64,000 bases of DNA from Minutocellus sp. GHC0000111 (Eukaryota), in contig OZ361256.1 of assembly GCA_977018835.1 (NCBI GenBank), positions 3,286,001 through 3,350,000 of the forward strand, given 5' to 3'. Positions 21,850 to 34,120 of this stretch are shown one piece after another. The translations under genes and the position numbers were made by a program. The notes under the pieces are model-generated. The model saw only the letters and a program-made list of their open reading frames with translations. It made no database searches and was not told the DNA's origin. Numbering within the stretch: the stretch's first letter is position 1; each line of letters starts with the position of its first letter.

Positions 21850-24030
21850 CCTCTTCAATCTGCAGCGCCAGGTGGGGGGCGAACCACATTGCCTCGAGTT
21901 TCGGGGCGACGAAGAATTTGAGATGGCATAAATGGGCGTTGATGAAACCAATCACCAGGAGTCTAAAGGGATACATTCGCATGGCTGTATGAGAGCACGA
22001 CAAAGCTATCGTTCGTGGGTTCGGGTCCGCGCTGGCATCTTCAGTTCGTGTTTCTGCTTTTTGGCTCTTGGAGATCGGATTTTTTTTTCGTTTCTTTCAC
22101 CTTTTGGTGCCGCTGGTGCCGATAGTCACTTCGTTCGGGTACTTTTCGAAGCTCCATTGGGTCTACCAACTTATTTGGTATATGGGGGCGCTAGAAATTG
22201 CTCGGTGGTAAAATGATCGGGGAAATGTGGAGTTATTGGTACTCATGTAATCTTTTCGTGTCAGTACTCGCGCTGGAAAAGAAGCGGTACCAACCTTTTC
22301 ATTGCTGAATCGATGGCTTTCATCCTATGCACACCAACTCATAAACGCAACAATGCAGCTGTCCTTCAATAGTGTATATCTATCGACTTTTGATAAGTTT
22401 CACTCGGTTACTGTGGTGGCAAGTGATTGTTTTGCTGACAAGCATCATTTGAATTGAGCCCTCTCCCAGAATTGCGAGAGGCCAACATTGCCGAACCAGG
22501 ATGATGGTAGAACAACATACTGGTGCAACCAAGAGCATTCTATTTGCTTTAGTTCCACTGTAAGTGTATAGAAGAAGTTATTTTTACGTAGATGGTGTAG
22601 AGTTGTTTGCTGCATGACTCACATTATCCATTTTCTTTAACAGCATCTGGAGCGAGGCAACTGCCGACCTAGAGCCCCCGCCCCCTCATTTCAGAAAGAA
22701 CGATGATAAATAGTCAAGTAGGCCAATCTACTGCAGCTACTACCCATAGAATTCCACTATATATGTTTGTCGAGGCGGCCCTAATTGAGTGCTATTGAGT
22801 TCGTAATCATTTGTTCATCTATTAGCCCTGACCCTTTGTGGAGGTCGACGACAGCAGAGATTCGTAAAAAATCGTTGGATTTTCCCATCAATTCATCTCC
22901 ACAACTTTCCATACCAGCACAAAGTGCCTTTCACGAGCATAGAGATCGCTGAAGTATATCAAGGACAATTGTTTAATACGCTTCCCATGCAGTAGCTGTC
23001 ACTCATTGTTGTTCAGTATCAATATTGGAATTTGGAATCAGCCCCCTGCCACTTCTGGCGTTGACCTCCATCAAACATTCAGGTACTCCTCAAATCACCA
23101 ACCTTTGCAGAAACCCCGCGAAATATTTCATCAATGAGCCACCTCTTATCATATGTAGGTGGGAATAAGATACTGATGTAGTGAATGGACGCGCATGAAC
23201 ACAAACTATCATCATATTGGTAATTTTGACCTTAACAGAATGACAAACTCACGCTCCATAAATTAGAACATGGCGTGGTTTGGCCGAACTGTCGACCCAA
23301 TCGCCAGAAGAATGCTATCGGACCTCGTCGGGGGTACATGCCGTCCGAGTGGGAGCCTCGCTATCGTCAATTTGGCGTAGATAGGTATACCTATTGAGAA
23401 TATGGTTTCGCGGTGGAGAAGTAGAGGAGAATCTGGAAGTTCCGGTTTTACTTGTTATCATGTGAGAATTCAATGGGTTGCCAACACAAACCCAACAATC
23501 AATACATGCACTTCCATTCTTTAGCACATCCATTGGCAGGATTGGACGAGAATTATAGCCTCTCTATCCAATTTCAAGAACTATTGCACATCATCTGATT
23601 TTGGCTCCTATCCCAACACCGGAAAATTTTCGGCAAATCCACAAAGCCCCAACGAATTGATCAAGTTACTGAAACCCAACCCGCAGAAGAAGCATATTGA
23701 TCGCTCCAGTAGTATCATAGTAGCGAAATATCAAAAGTTGTATAGACACTCCAATTGGATTTTTTCGAGCAATGGGGCCACATGGACATTGAGGAGCGCT
23801 TTTGCGACAAAGTCAAATTCTTAATTTTTGAGATGGCGTCGGCGTTTCGCGACTCTTGTGCGTACAAACTGAATAACACCGCCACACCACCGCTCGGCAC
23901 TACCACCGGGGCGACCTTTCAAGTCGTCCATTGTGGACAATCTCTCATCAACTCGATGTCGCCTTTACTTTTCTGCGCAATTGTAGCCGTCGTGGAGGTC
24001 GAGGTCGTCGGACGAATTTTACTGATCATC
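21850..24030 (-). pseudogene. Highly degraded coding-like relic of unknown identity
   Basis: About 2 kb without long ORFs but with protein-like fragments on the minus strand (MISKIRPTTSTSTT..., KRWLIDEIFRG, GRPNGASK) broken by many stops. Confidence 0.3.
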
Positions 24031-24292
24031 GATTTTCGCGAGTTTCAGGAAAGCGAGCCTCAGAATGGAGGTTCACTAGCCAAGGTGTTTGCACGGAGTA
24101 GGGATTCTGTGGGCATGATGAGTGAATATCATCTTGGTGATCGCATCATCTGGGGCGTGCATTGTAGTCGTCGGCTTGGATGGGAAAATGGCACAGATTC
24201 GATTCATGGCATCATTGACCGACATTGTTCGCAAGAGCCGGATTGTCTGCCACGTAACCGTCGACGAAAATCCCATCCCTAACCCCTAACAG

Positions 24293-24886
24293 ATGAAAGT
24301 CATCCTCACAAACACCAACCAAGAGTGGGACACCGCATTTCAGTACACGCAAATTCTGCAATACTTTGAGAGTCCCATTAACAAGGATGTCAAGGCCGGA
24401 GAATTCATCTGGCCGTCAGGAATGTGGACTCCGTACCAAAGTCCTCAATTATTTCAAGAAGCAATGAATTCGTCAACGCTTGACGAACTTCTGGAAGGAA
24501 TCGAGGGAAGTAACATGACCACAGCGATCCTGAACGGAACAACGATCGATAATCCTTCTTTCGGGGTAAAAGCCGGGCAGCATGTGGAGATACTGCTCAT
24601 CAATGTGAACGAACCGATAACAACATATGTGGTGACGCCTACAATCATTCGACAATTCACTGAGCCCCTTGCCAACATGACTAAAAGCATTGCCGAAAAC
24701 GAAGAATTACGTCGTCGTGTCGAAGCCTTTGTTGGACCGCCCCTTCTGGAGGAGGAGGAAGAGGGTGATGTATTTCCATCTTCTTCTGGTGCTACTAGAT
24801 CTACATGTAGATCAAAGGGAGGAACTGCGCAGATGAATTTTGCTTTTGCATTGTCGCTTCCTCTTATGTTGACTTTGTTTAGATAA
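24293..24886 (+). CDS. Terminal exon or fragment of a probable GPI-anchored surface protein
   Basis: Preceded by a branch-point/acceptor-like CTAAC...CAG. Contains N-glycosylation sequons and SSSG plus a hydrophobic C-terminus. The 5' exons were not resolved. Confidence 0.45.
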   Translation: MKVILTNTNQEWDTAFQYTQILQYFESPINKDVKAGEFIWPSGMWTPYQSPQLFQEAMNSSTLDELLEGIEGSNMTTAILNGTTIDNPSFGVKAGQHVEILLINVNEPITTYVVTPTIIRQFTEPLANMTKSIAENEELRRRVEAFVGPPLLEEEEEGDVFPSSSGATRSTCRSKGGTAQMNFAFALSLPLMLTLFR

Positions 24887-24940
24887 ATGTAATCACGGTT
24901 TCCAAAGCCTTTTCATCTCGCCTATTCATCGTCATGCTGA

Positions 24941-26191
24941 GAGCCGTTCCAAACAGGTCCCGGAAGGCCTCCGGAAATCGGGCCTGGCTGGAAAACGAGT
25001 TCCGGGTTGCCTCGTTTTCGAGTTTTAAAAACTTCCGGGTTGCCTCGCTCTCCAGCTGGCGTCCGGAATCGCAAATCGATTTCGGCCGCCAGCTGGAAAA
25101 CGAGGTGGCGGAACACATCATGTGATGATAAAAAAGTTCGACCGGAACGATGAATAAGTTGATCCCAAATGACTTTGCAATGGTATTGATGCCCCTGGTA
25201 TCTTCGTTATCTGTCCCGGGGGCTCAAAATCACGCGTCGATTGTTGGCTAAAAAAATCATTTGGCCGTTGTGCCGTTTGCCTGAGTATGGTAGCTGCCGT
25301 CGTTCTCTGTGCGACGTATCGTCAGCACGCAAAGCGTTCATCTATTGTCGGAATCGGGCGCGAGGCTATTCGGTGTGCTTTGAACGTTGCTGCGGCGGTG
25401 CTCTCTGAGCAAGAAAAGATGCCGACAAACTTTGGTGATTTGTTCGGCCTTCGGGTTCATCGTCCTCGTGCTTCCTCGTTTGAATAAGAATTGGATACGG
25501 AACTCGACAGATGGCTCGCGGACGACGATGCAAATGATGTCGGAGATGACACAAGGCAGGAATGCGCCATTTGTTATCGGTTGATTGGCCAGTGTCCTTG
25601 TGTCCGTAGGTTTTCCGCAGCGGGAAGCACGCATGCAAAGGACAGATCGTGGCTCGCGAGCTAGCTAGCTAGAACCAATAAACCAAACAGATCAGATGCG
25701 ACAAGAAGGTGCATGACATGCAGACGCAAGGAATGAAACGAAGCGATTTAACACAGCATGAACGCATGCGAAGACAGCGGAGAACCACAGCAACCTTCTG
25801 CCGTGTCGGTGCAATGTTGCCTCTTCTCCTTCTTTGCCAAAGACGACACACAGTCCGTCCCCAGCAATAAGCATGTTGGTCCATCCGCTAAGCCCTCAAT
25901 GTGCTTATTTTCGAGAATAAGGAAATAGCATGCTGGCTGTAATGCTTACACTATGAAATTAATATTAGAATAAGCATAAAAGCCAAAATCTAAGCCCTCA
26001 GACAAGCATGTTCAACATGCTTATTGCTGGGGACGGACTGCACTTTTGACGAGAAAATGTGCAGGACTGTGTGTGTGGAGAGCAGTTCAGAGGACAAGTG
26101 CGGAGGCTACATGTAGCGTTTGTTATTGCGTCTAATATGAAGTTATTTCCACGCTTGCAGACGCCTCCGCGGGACCTGTTTGGAACGGCTC
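24941..26191. mobile_element. Non-autonomous PIF/Harbinger-like TIR element, 1251 bp, TGA target-site duplication
   Basis: Perfect 21-bp TIR GAGCCGTTCCAAACAGGTCCC at 24941-24961 and 26171-26191. TGA lies at 24938-24940 and 26192-26194. The reconstructed empty site ATGC-TGA-GCAT is palindromic. Subterminal direct repeats TTCCGGGTTGCCTCG x2. Confidence 0.85.
25851..26040. mobile_element. Nested 190-bp MITE (MITE C) with CAGT termini
   Basis: Perfect 28-bp TIR CAGTCCGTCCCCAGCAATAAGCATGTTG at 25851-25878 and 26013-26040. Flanked by CA on both sides. Confidence 0.85.
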
Positions 26192-26378
26192 TGAGCATAA
26201 TGTGGCTGGCGGCGGCGGCACGGGCTTTGCTTGGCTGGCGCGCCACCACTTGATTAGGTACCCTCGATGACTGATTGATTGATTCGGGTGTAGATTTGTA
26301 GTTTTTTTTTTAGCTTTTAGTGACTTGTGACTCACTCATCACACCTTTCACTTTTCAAAGTTTACTGTGCTTCGTCCA

Positions 26379-26659
26379 TTTTCGATGCAAGCATGAGGTA
26401 ACTAGTACATGAGTATATGACCTAATATTTGAAGGGATATCAGTTTAGCATTAGCACCAACATGTCCTACAATTATAGGTAATAATTCCAATGGCATGGC
26501 CCTTTCGTTTGTAGATCAACATTGGAAATTTTACTCAATTTTGAAACTATGAAGTTAGGTTAGTTTTCGATGCAAGCATAAGGTAACTAGTACATGTGCA
26601 TGTGACCTGAAATTCAACAGGATATTAGTTTAGCATTGGTACAGACATTTCCTACAATT
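26379..26659 (+). repeat. Two diverged direct copies of a ~96-bp unit (period 185 bp)
   Basis: TTTTCGATGCAAGCAT(G/A)AGGTAACTAGTACATG...GTTTAGCATT...TCCTACAATT at 26379-26474 and 26564-26659. Confidence 0.8.
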
Positions 26660-26669
26660 GCATCTATTT

Positions 26670-27958
26670 TGTTACTCTAGGCCAAGTTTGCGAATGGCCT
26701 CCTCGTATTCATCGTTTACTTCTCCGTTTGGTTTCTTTGCAATGTCGTCCGGCATTTCGCCACCAACAGACTGCATGATTGGATGTATGGATGTGTGGAT
26801 GCATTATTGGATGTATAGATGCATGGATGTATGGATATGTGGATGGATGGTTTCATTTGGTTGACAAACCAAATGCGCAGTGTAAGTGCAACTCAATTTG
26901 GAACGCGCAAACGAAGCTCGTAGTAGTAGTGTGATAGGGTAGTTGAACTGGTGATGTGGTTGGTTTGATGGATTGATGGTTATTGGGATGATGGCTGTGG
27001 GTGGGGGTGGGGTGTGGCTTGACTTCGTTGAGCATGCTCTCTCTAGTAGAGATGAGCTTCGCCTTTTTGGCGGGAGGAGAGTACCCGTCAGCGGATCCCA
27101 ATCCGCGACTTCCTCCGATCCGCGACTTCCTCCGTTTTCGGCATCGCTTCCACTACCACCACTGGCAATTTGGCATCTCATCCATATTATCGGTGCCATT
27201 GTTGGTACCGTGGTCGTTGAAGAGCTGCAATGGTGCGGATAGGGGGGAAATGTGAGAAATGAGTCGTCCAATCAAAACACAGGGTGCACACAGCATGCTC
27301 GTACACATAGCTCGTAGACATAACGACGAAAACACAATGGTCTTACCTAGCTTTGCGCGGCGTCTTCCGTGTCAAGGCACAGATGCTCAACATTGGCCGG
27401 AACCATGGCTGCATCTTCGTTGTTATCAGGCAGCGCTACCTTTACCGCATCAAGAAGCGCAGGACTTGCAGCAGCCGGGACAGGAGCTGCCTCGAAGACT
27501 CCGTCGCATGAGCCAAGCAGTGATCCCAGCTCATTGCCGTCTTCGATAGCCATGGCTTGCATTTGAAGGATCTGCTGGGCCTGCTCGATCTGCTTGATCT
27601 TGGTCTGCCTGAACTGCTCGGTCAACAGACTTGCGGACAATGACCGCAGGTGCTCCTCCAGTTGGTTCAAGTCCAGCATGTCCACCGATTCCTCGAAGTT
27701 TTCACAGTTGGTATCAAAGACATTGCCATCGACATCTGCGGCCTGCTCGACAACATTGAGCAAAGCTCTCCGAGATGCACTAGATTCGGTCTGTGTCTTC
27801 GAACGATCGTCAAAGTCGCGGCGGAGGCGATCAGTGGATTCGGCTGAGCGTCGGAGGAAATCGACAAATGCAGGGGAAACGACAAATGCGGCCTGCGGCG
27901 GCACCGGTGGAGGAACCGGGGGCGGAAGAGACCTAGCATTAATGAGGTATTGCTCCAC
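26670..27958 (-). pseudogene. Disrupted multi-exon hypothetical gene with coiled-coil N-terminal exon
   Basis: A 203-aa ORF ends TAG immediately before a GTAAG donor. Downstream exon-like pieces are YSPPAKKAK and SVGGEMPDDIAKKPNGEVNDEYEEAIRKLGLE*. A (GGAT)n-like tract at 26781-26850 is probably intronic. Confidence 0.4.
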
Positions 27959-28405
27959 CCTTATTTCTTGACGACGGGCTTGGGTTGGTATTGAGAGGTC
28001 AGAGTCAGAGAGGTCTTGGCTGGTACCGGTAGAGTCGGCATTGTGAGAAGAAATCTTTTATCTTGTTGACTGGTGTTCGGTGTTCGGTCGGAAGAGAAAT
28101 CTTCAAAATGAGCGTTGACATGCATTTATTTAAAAACTATTCGCACTACGTCGTAGCTATTGGATCAAAGAAAAGTTTGATAAAGAATCCGAAGACATGA
28201 TGAAGCGTGCTAAGGAAGCAGGTTTCAAGTTGAATATCAATCCGATGGAATGGTATGACTGAACTTTCGCAATAGCTGAATGGAGAGTAGAGAATGCATG
28301 CATTCTATTTTGATATTTGGATACATGCTTGATAGTAGGTGTAACTTGCAACATCTATCGGTAGTTTTTCTAAAATCAAAAAGCGAATCTAGCAGCTATG
28401 GTATC

Positions 28406-29352
28406 CTACTCAACACTCGCAGCCATCATATCAGACTCGGTCCACTTGTCGTCCCGATGCTGCTGCAAATCATAGTGCTTTCCAAGGACCACGCCCAACT
28501 CCCGCTGCTCGCCGGGAAAAAGGTGGATGCCAGGGCGGCCGTGGGCATACCTCATGTTATCCAGAACGGCAACATCGCCTTCCTGCCATTTGAGGGGGAT
28601 GCCGAAGCGATCATATGCATCTGTCCACACCTGCTTCTCCTCAAGAGTAATGGGCTCGTCATCTCCAAAGAACATCTCGAGAGGACGTTCCTCGGGAGGC
28701 ATGTCCATGATGCCCGGCCACGAGTCGAACCAAACATCGTCATCGGCAATGCTAGTGACCATAATGTTGCGATCGAGGTAGGGGACGTACTCAAACGCAG
28801 ACTTGTAGTACTTGGTGAGCATGATATGTCCATGTTTAGGATCGTCCACCCATTCGACCGTGAGGCCCTGCTCTTCGGCCTTCTTCTGGGCCTCATCGGG
28901 ATCATTCGTCATCCAGCTCTGCTGCCAGTGATTGTAGATCTTGGACTTTTCGCCCTCATCGGTGGATTCTTTGGTGGCATCGGTCATGCGACGGACGAAG
29001 CAAAGGCCCTTCTCCTTGAGCTTTTGCCCAAAAGGCGTCTGCATGATCCAGTCATGAGCTTGACAGAATCGGAGACGTAGGACCAGCCAACGTCGTCGCG
29101 GTTGACGGCATGCTTGCACAGAAAGCCGAGCGTCTCGATGCTATGGCTCTTGTACGTCATCTCATGGTGATAGGCAAGCGCTGCCTCGATGGGAGCGCCA
29201 ATGTCGTAAACATTGGCAAGCTCGCTGTTGCGATTGCGCGAGTTGGCGCCACCCTCGTACTCCGATTCGGTGCCCATGATGATACTCGACAGGGCACGTT
29301 GATCCGCCATGTCGGTGAGGCCGGTGTTCGTGATGTAAACCAGGCCGACATC
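28406..29352 (-). pseudogene. TauD/clavaminate-synthase-like Fe(II)/2-oxoglutarate dioxygenase, frameshifted and lacking an evident 5' end
   Basis: HHEMTY (HxE) and WQEGDVAVLDNMRYAHGR. One-base shift near 29060 (DSV/QAHDW). Protein-like sequence stops abruptly upstream of DVGLVYITNTG. Confidence 0.8.
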
Positions 29353-29370
29353 TGGATTTGGAGCAACGCA

Positions 29371-29457
29371 ATTTGGTTGGAGGAAAAGTAGAAGGCGTAG
29401 AAGTAGTGGAGGAAAGACATTTGGTTGGAGGGAACGTAGATGGTGTAGAAGTAGTGG
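29371..29457 (+). repeat. Tandem duplication, period 48 bp
   Basis: ATTTGGTTGGAGG.AA.GTAGA.GG.GTAGAAGTAGTGG at 29371-29409 and 29419-29457. Confidence 0.75.
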
Positions 29458-29593
29458 CCTTTGCGGCGGAACCCGTAGTACATGTACGTAGTTTTCGTGC
29501 AGTGGTGCCTCATCCAACAAGACCTCACAATTTGTTTGCAACATCCTTTACAAAAGCAAAGTTCCCCGTCGCACTCAAATTGGTCAGCAAGCA

Positions 29594-30656
29594 ATGCCAA
29601 TCTACTCATCATCCCACAACACCCATCAGGCTTCCTGGCGACGCACGTCGTCGGTTTCCATCGGCGCCTCCGTCGACGACGTCGCCACAAATCATCGTTC
29701 TACGAAGACGACGAAGAAGAGCAAGAAGATGATCGCCGTAGCTGCAGTCCACCTCATGGCGGTAGCAGCCTTTCTGCTTTCTGATCCTTCTGACCCTTCC
29801 GGTCATCGCTCCCTCGCTGCGTCACAGAGCGTTCAAGTTGCCCAAGGATTCAGTGCATTCTCCGAGTGGCCTACCTGGGGGTCGACTCAGCGTGCCTTCC
29901 GACGTCTTTGTGTTCATGATGCTCGAACTTCTACCGACCTCCGCTCTCTCAGTCTTGGAACTGCCGAATACGTTATGGCTGGTTTCCTTTCCAACGATGC
30001 CACTCGTATCAAGCGTTTCCTCTCCTGCAATGTAAGTGGAATTCTTGCTATGATTTATGTCCTCATAACTTTCATAAATATACGCAATACTGGTCCGACT
30101 GGTTCGATTGGTTGTCTAACGAATATTTATACGGTATGGCGACGTCCATGTTTCCCTTTCTACATGTACACACCTTTACCTCAACAATAAAATTGTACAC
30201 TTCACCTTCTAAATACATGTAGGTCGGCTTCAATTGCACGTTCGATGAAGACAGCGGATATGAGAACTGCTACGGCGGGGAATATATCGATCAAACCAAC
30301 GTCTACAACACATTCCCCAAAAAGCAGCAGCCTAAGGTCACCCCTGACAAAGTTGCCTACGTTGCTGTCATCGACGAGTGCCCCACCCCGGTTGATGACC
30401 CCAGTAATCCTACCATTGACAACAAGAATTATTACGATGCTTTCTCAATTACCAAGTCTATGATCTGCAACGTCACCACCCAGTCTGAGGAGCGGGTCGC
30501 TGGTGCCGGCCGTCGTCTTGCCGTTGGCGATGGGGCTACACCGTCCAAGTATGACTATACGATGTACGCAATCATCCATCCATCGGTTGTAGCCTGCCCA
30601 GCTCCAGATGGATCCATCATCGATATGCCATCGGTTCTAATGGATCTTGGATATTG
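29594..30656 (+). pseudogene. 3'-truncated GT8-like (diatom-expanded) glycosyltransferase; exons 29594-30031 and 30223-30656
   Basis: N-terminal TM. The GTAAGT..TAG intron keeps frame. Exon 2 has VAYVAVIDEC...SKYDYTMYAIIHP...LMDLGY. A second GTAAGT donor at 30657 has no recognisable catalytic DxD exon after it. Confidence 0.6.
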
Positions 30657-30829
30657 GTAAGTGCACATCCATATGCACATTCGAATGCATATGCCATGGG
30701 TATGCAGGACCAGACATATTTTGCTATGTCGAACCTGCCACTTCCTCGCCCCAAGTGCCCTTCGCATGCCTACGGCCCATTACTTTCGTTTCATCACATT
30801 TACACTAAATAAATCTCCTCCGACGTATC

Positions 30830-30925
30830 GCGATTATTCCCAATGACCTCCGCAGGGAGATGGACTGGTCCGAGCAGCGGGCCGGTCTCGATGCGCTGCT
30901 TCTTGGCTGCACGGCGGGTCTGCAT
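30830..30925 (-). pseudogene. 5' stub of an F-box-like gene
   Basis: ATG at 30925 gives MQTRRAAKKQRIETGPLLGPVHLPAEVIGN, then runs into the GT8 intron. It resembles the start of the 41284-42710 gene. Confidence 0.4.
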
Positions 30926-31303
30926 TGTGATAATGGTCTAATGGCGTGGTGATCAGCAAATACTTGACGATGCTCTGATTGCTACTCGTACTTGACTTGC
31001 GCGAGGAGTGCGACGGGTGGGAAGGGAAGATACACCGCCACAAGCAAGGCCGGAGGCGGGCGGCGGAATGAATGTATCGAATGAGTCGATCGAGGAAGAA
31101 TGCCAAAATTGTCTGTCCTTCATCAGTTCAGGGCGGATCATGGGCGAAAACAGACAAAAAGATACCGCCCGGCACGACGCCGACGACGCCTACTGATTAC
31201 ACGCGTGGCAATTTGCTCCGTCTTCTCACACAACTATCCTTTCAAAAGGCATTTCTCTAGCTTTAGCGGCGTATCTGAGCATCTACTCCATCGGCCGATC
31301 ATC

Positions 31304-32120
31304 ATGAAAAGATCCCATCCATCCCTCGTCGCTTGCAGCTGCTGCTTCTCGCTGCTTTCGACGCCAGCGTCAACCATACCCAATCCTCTGGCTGCTGCTC
31401 GACGACATCATCGACAAATTCCCATCAACATAATAAATCTGGACAAAGATGGCGATCGGTGGGAAACAGTGACCAAGGAGCTGACTTCCAAGGGCGTCCG
31501 TCAGCGCTCCATCACAAGATATCCCGCCATCTACGGCAAGGACCTTGGCAACGTAGACCTTCGGCAGAATGTCACTCTCTTGTCACGACTATTCTGCACC
31601 AAGGGGACCATCGGTTGCTACTTGTCTCATCGCAATATTTGGTTAAAGATATGCCAAGAAAAATAACCACACCAAATGGTATGCGAAGACGACATCTTGG
31701 TATCAGACCATTTTGTGGATCGCGTCAACACCAGCCATGCATGAGCTACAGAACAACGCCGAGACTAGAAATGATTGGGTCGTGGGTGCATTCGGTGCAG
31801 TCCATCCTGACGGGAAGCATGGAGTATTTCATCTCTTGGCATTTGCTGGAGGCCGCACGAGGAATGCTCGGCGGATTACCCAGCATGTCCATGTGCCGCA
31901 TCGACCTTTCGGTGCACATTGTTCTATTTTGAGCAAACGAGGCGCCACCAAGCTGGCAAGATCGGCGTACTTTGCCAATGGCCACTTGGACGTCACCTCT
32001 TGGGGATTGAAAAATTTAAATTTATTCTGCGTCGATCCATTGATAGTATATCAGGACATGTCGTCGCCATCGACCATTGGTGCAGTGACCAAGGGTGTGG
32101 AGACGAGAATCAGGTACTAG
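31304..32120 (+). pseudogene. Glycosyltransferase family 25 pseudogene
   Basis: IINLDKDGDRW, GTIGCYLSH, (*)PHQMVCEDD, FGAHCSILSKRGA and HLDV. In-frame TAA at 31664-31666, frameshift near 31735, and an abrupt end at about 32116. Confidence 0.8.
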
Positions 32121-32258
32121 GGATAGAAGCCGTTCAGACGGAGGAAATTTATTGATAGTATGGATATGGTACGGGCACAAAAGTCCTTCTACCATGTGAT
32201 TTACAGCAGAGTTGATTCTGAATCGAATCGCTTTCATTAGAAATAAATTAATGCATCT

Positions 32259-34120
32259 CTAGCTGGAATCTACGTCCACTTCGTCTGCGTTTTCTTCAAT
32301 CCCAGCCTCAGCAGTACATGTAGCCGCAGCAGCAGCTCCCTCTTCACTCTCGTTTCCTATCATTTTGTCGATGTATAAGCGGTAACGAGCTCCTGCATCG
32401 ACCTGTTTTCATTGCGCCTGTCATCTGCGATATCTAGAAACTCATAGTTCTTACCGAACGATTTCATCTTTTTTTGTGAACATGGCCAGCATCTTAGGGA
32501 CGGTTCCATTCTTTGCGAGGAGTGTCGGTGCTAGAATAGAGACATCATCGCTCCCAAGGAAGTTATATTTGTCTCTATCGATCTCGTTGGCGAAACACAA
32601 AGGATTGAAAGCCCGAATTCAAACGTCTGGCTGGCAGAAAATCCGAATGGCACCATTGCCTCACCAACCCTACGAGACATCAGGGTGTGAAGGAGGTACT
32701 TGGCACTGGAGCGACGGCGCTTGTCTCCCACCGTATCCTTCCTACTGAAATGGGGGTTCCTGAGATTAAGCGCCCCATTCTCAGGTGGTGTCCAAACATC
32801 CTCCTCAGATGCCATAACCAAGGATTCAGACTCGGCAATTTCGAAGTAGGGCAACATTTTCCTGGATACCATGTCCTTTTGCAGCCTAGCTCTCATCGTA
32901 GACTCCGCTTTCTTCTCTTCTTCGCTGAGATCTAGGTAAGACGCTTCAACGAGAACTTTGCTGAAAATGTCTGCAATGCTCAATTGGCCAATGGGCCCGC
33001 CGAAAATTTTCTCCCCGAACAAACGAATCTCTTGGAACTCGTTGGCTTGTTGATCTCGAGATCCCTTGAATAGCTGTTCCCATTTGTCGAAGGTGATTTG
33101 CATGAGGACCTTGATGAAGACGGCAATAAATGTCACGATAGTACTCTGCGTGCCACACGCAGAGCTTGTCTTGGACTCTTGCAACCAATGTTCTCTACCC
33201 CCCGTGACCTCCCGAGCTGCCACCGCCAATGGGAGCGAAGCCAGCCTATCGCGTTCGGCCTGCACATTTGCAATGGCGGCTTCATCCTCTTCAGCCTGAT
33301 TGAGAACAGTGTAAACAGGTTGGGTCAAGTCAATTACAGAGTAGTCGTTGCTTGCTTTGCTCTGAGCGTCGAGCTTGGCGATCTTCTTGGCGATTGACCC
33401 AATATCTCTCTTTTTCTGGGTAAGCCGCGCATACTTTGATATCATTACGAGGACATCATTGAAACTGTATCGTCGCGCCATGGCTAGGCCCCGCAAACCG
33501 AGGACTCCGGCCAAGACAAATAGGAGAGGGGTATTGGGATCGAACTGCCCGTGTACCAGCGAGCTTGCATTGGGATCTTCGTATACATCGTCTAGCACCA
33601 TCTCAAATTCCTCGCATATTCCGACGGTTTCATTCAATAGCGCTTGACCAGGGTTTGTTTGTGTGGGATCACCTGGGGTTCTCGGTGGAGATTTCTGAGG
33701 CAATGGAGTTGGCATCGGCGTCGGCGTTGGGTCCGTTGTTGAAGATCTCGAAGGGGATTGAGGTTCTGGAGATCTCGGTGAACGCGGTGGCGACTGAGCT
33801 GGTGACCCCGAGGGTCCAGACCGGTCATCCTCGTCACCCTCTCGGACAAGATGATCTACCCTCCATTCCCCATGTTCTTTCATGGCGAGGGTAAATTCGT
33901 CGCCATGTTTCTCGAAGTAGTTGGCATCTCTTGCCTTCCCCTCTGTTGATCGAAGCACACTGACGCAATCTGCTGCTTCTGTGGCGAGGCATTTGATTCT
34001 CGATTTTACGGAGGCTGGGTCCAGTTCCTTGTCGTGCAGCAACACAATGATCAAATGCATGCATACGTCGTGTCGACGAGCTGCCAGATTCTCTCGCCGT
34101 ATCTGGACTTCGTCACTCAT
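32259..34120 (-). pseudogene. Orphan helical protein with Pro/Ser-rich linker; C-terminal part frameshifted
   Basis: 529-aa ORF. Protein-like continuation in other frames (FANEIDRDKYNFLG..., YIDKMIGNESEEG...DVDSS*) to the TAG at 32259. Confidence 0.55.

Noticed and set aside
24277..24292. CCCTAACCCCTAAC as an interstitial telomere repeat
   Set aside because: Only two imperfect units, positioned as a branch point just before a CAG acceptor.
28280..29080. Long antisense or alternate-frame ORFs (also 34687-35286, 39735-40496, 59186-59845)
   Set aside because: These are shadows of recognisable genes caused by codon bias.
29157..29690. Minus-strand ORF 'WRRRRRRRRW...' as a Cys-rich peptide
   Set aside because: Its distinctive part is the antisense of the GT8-like gene's first exon, and the rest overlaps the TauD frame and a tandem repeat.
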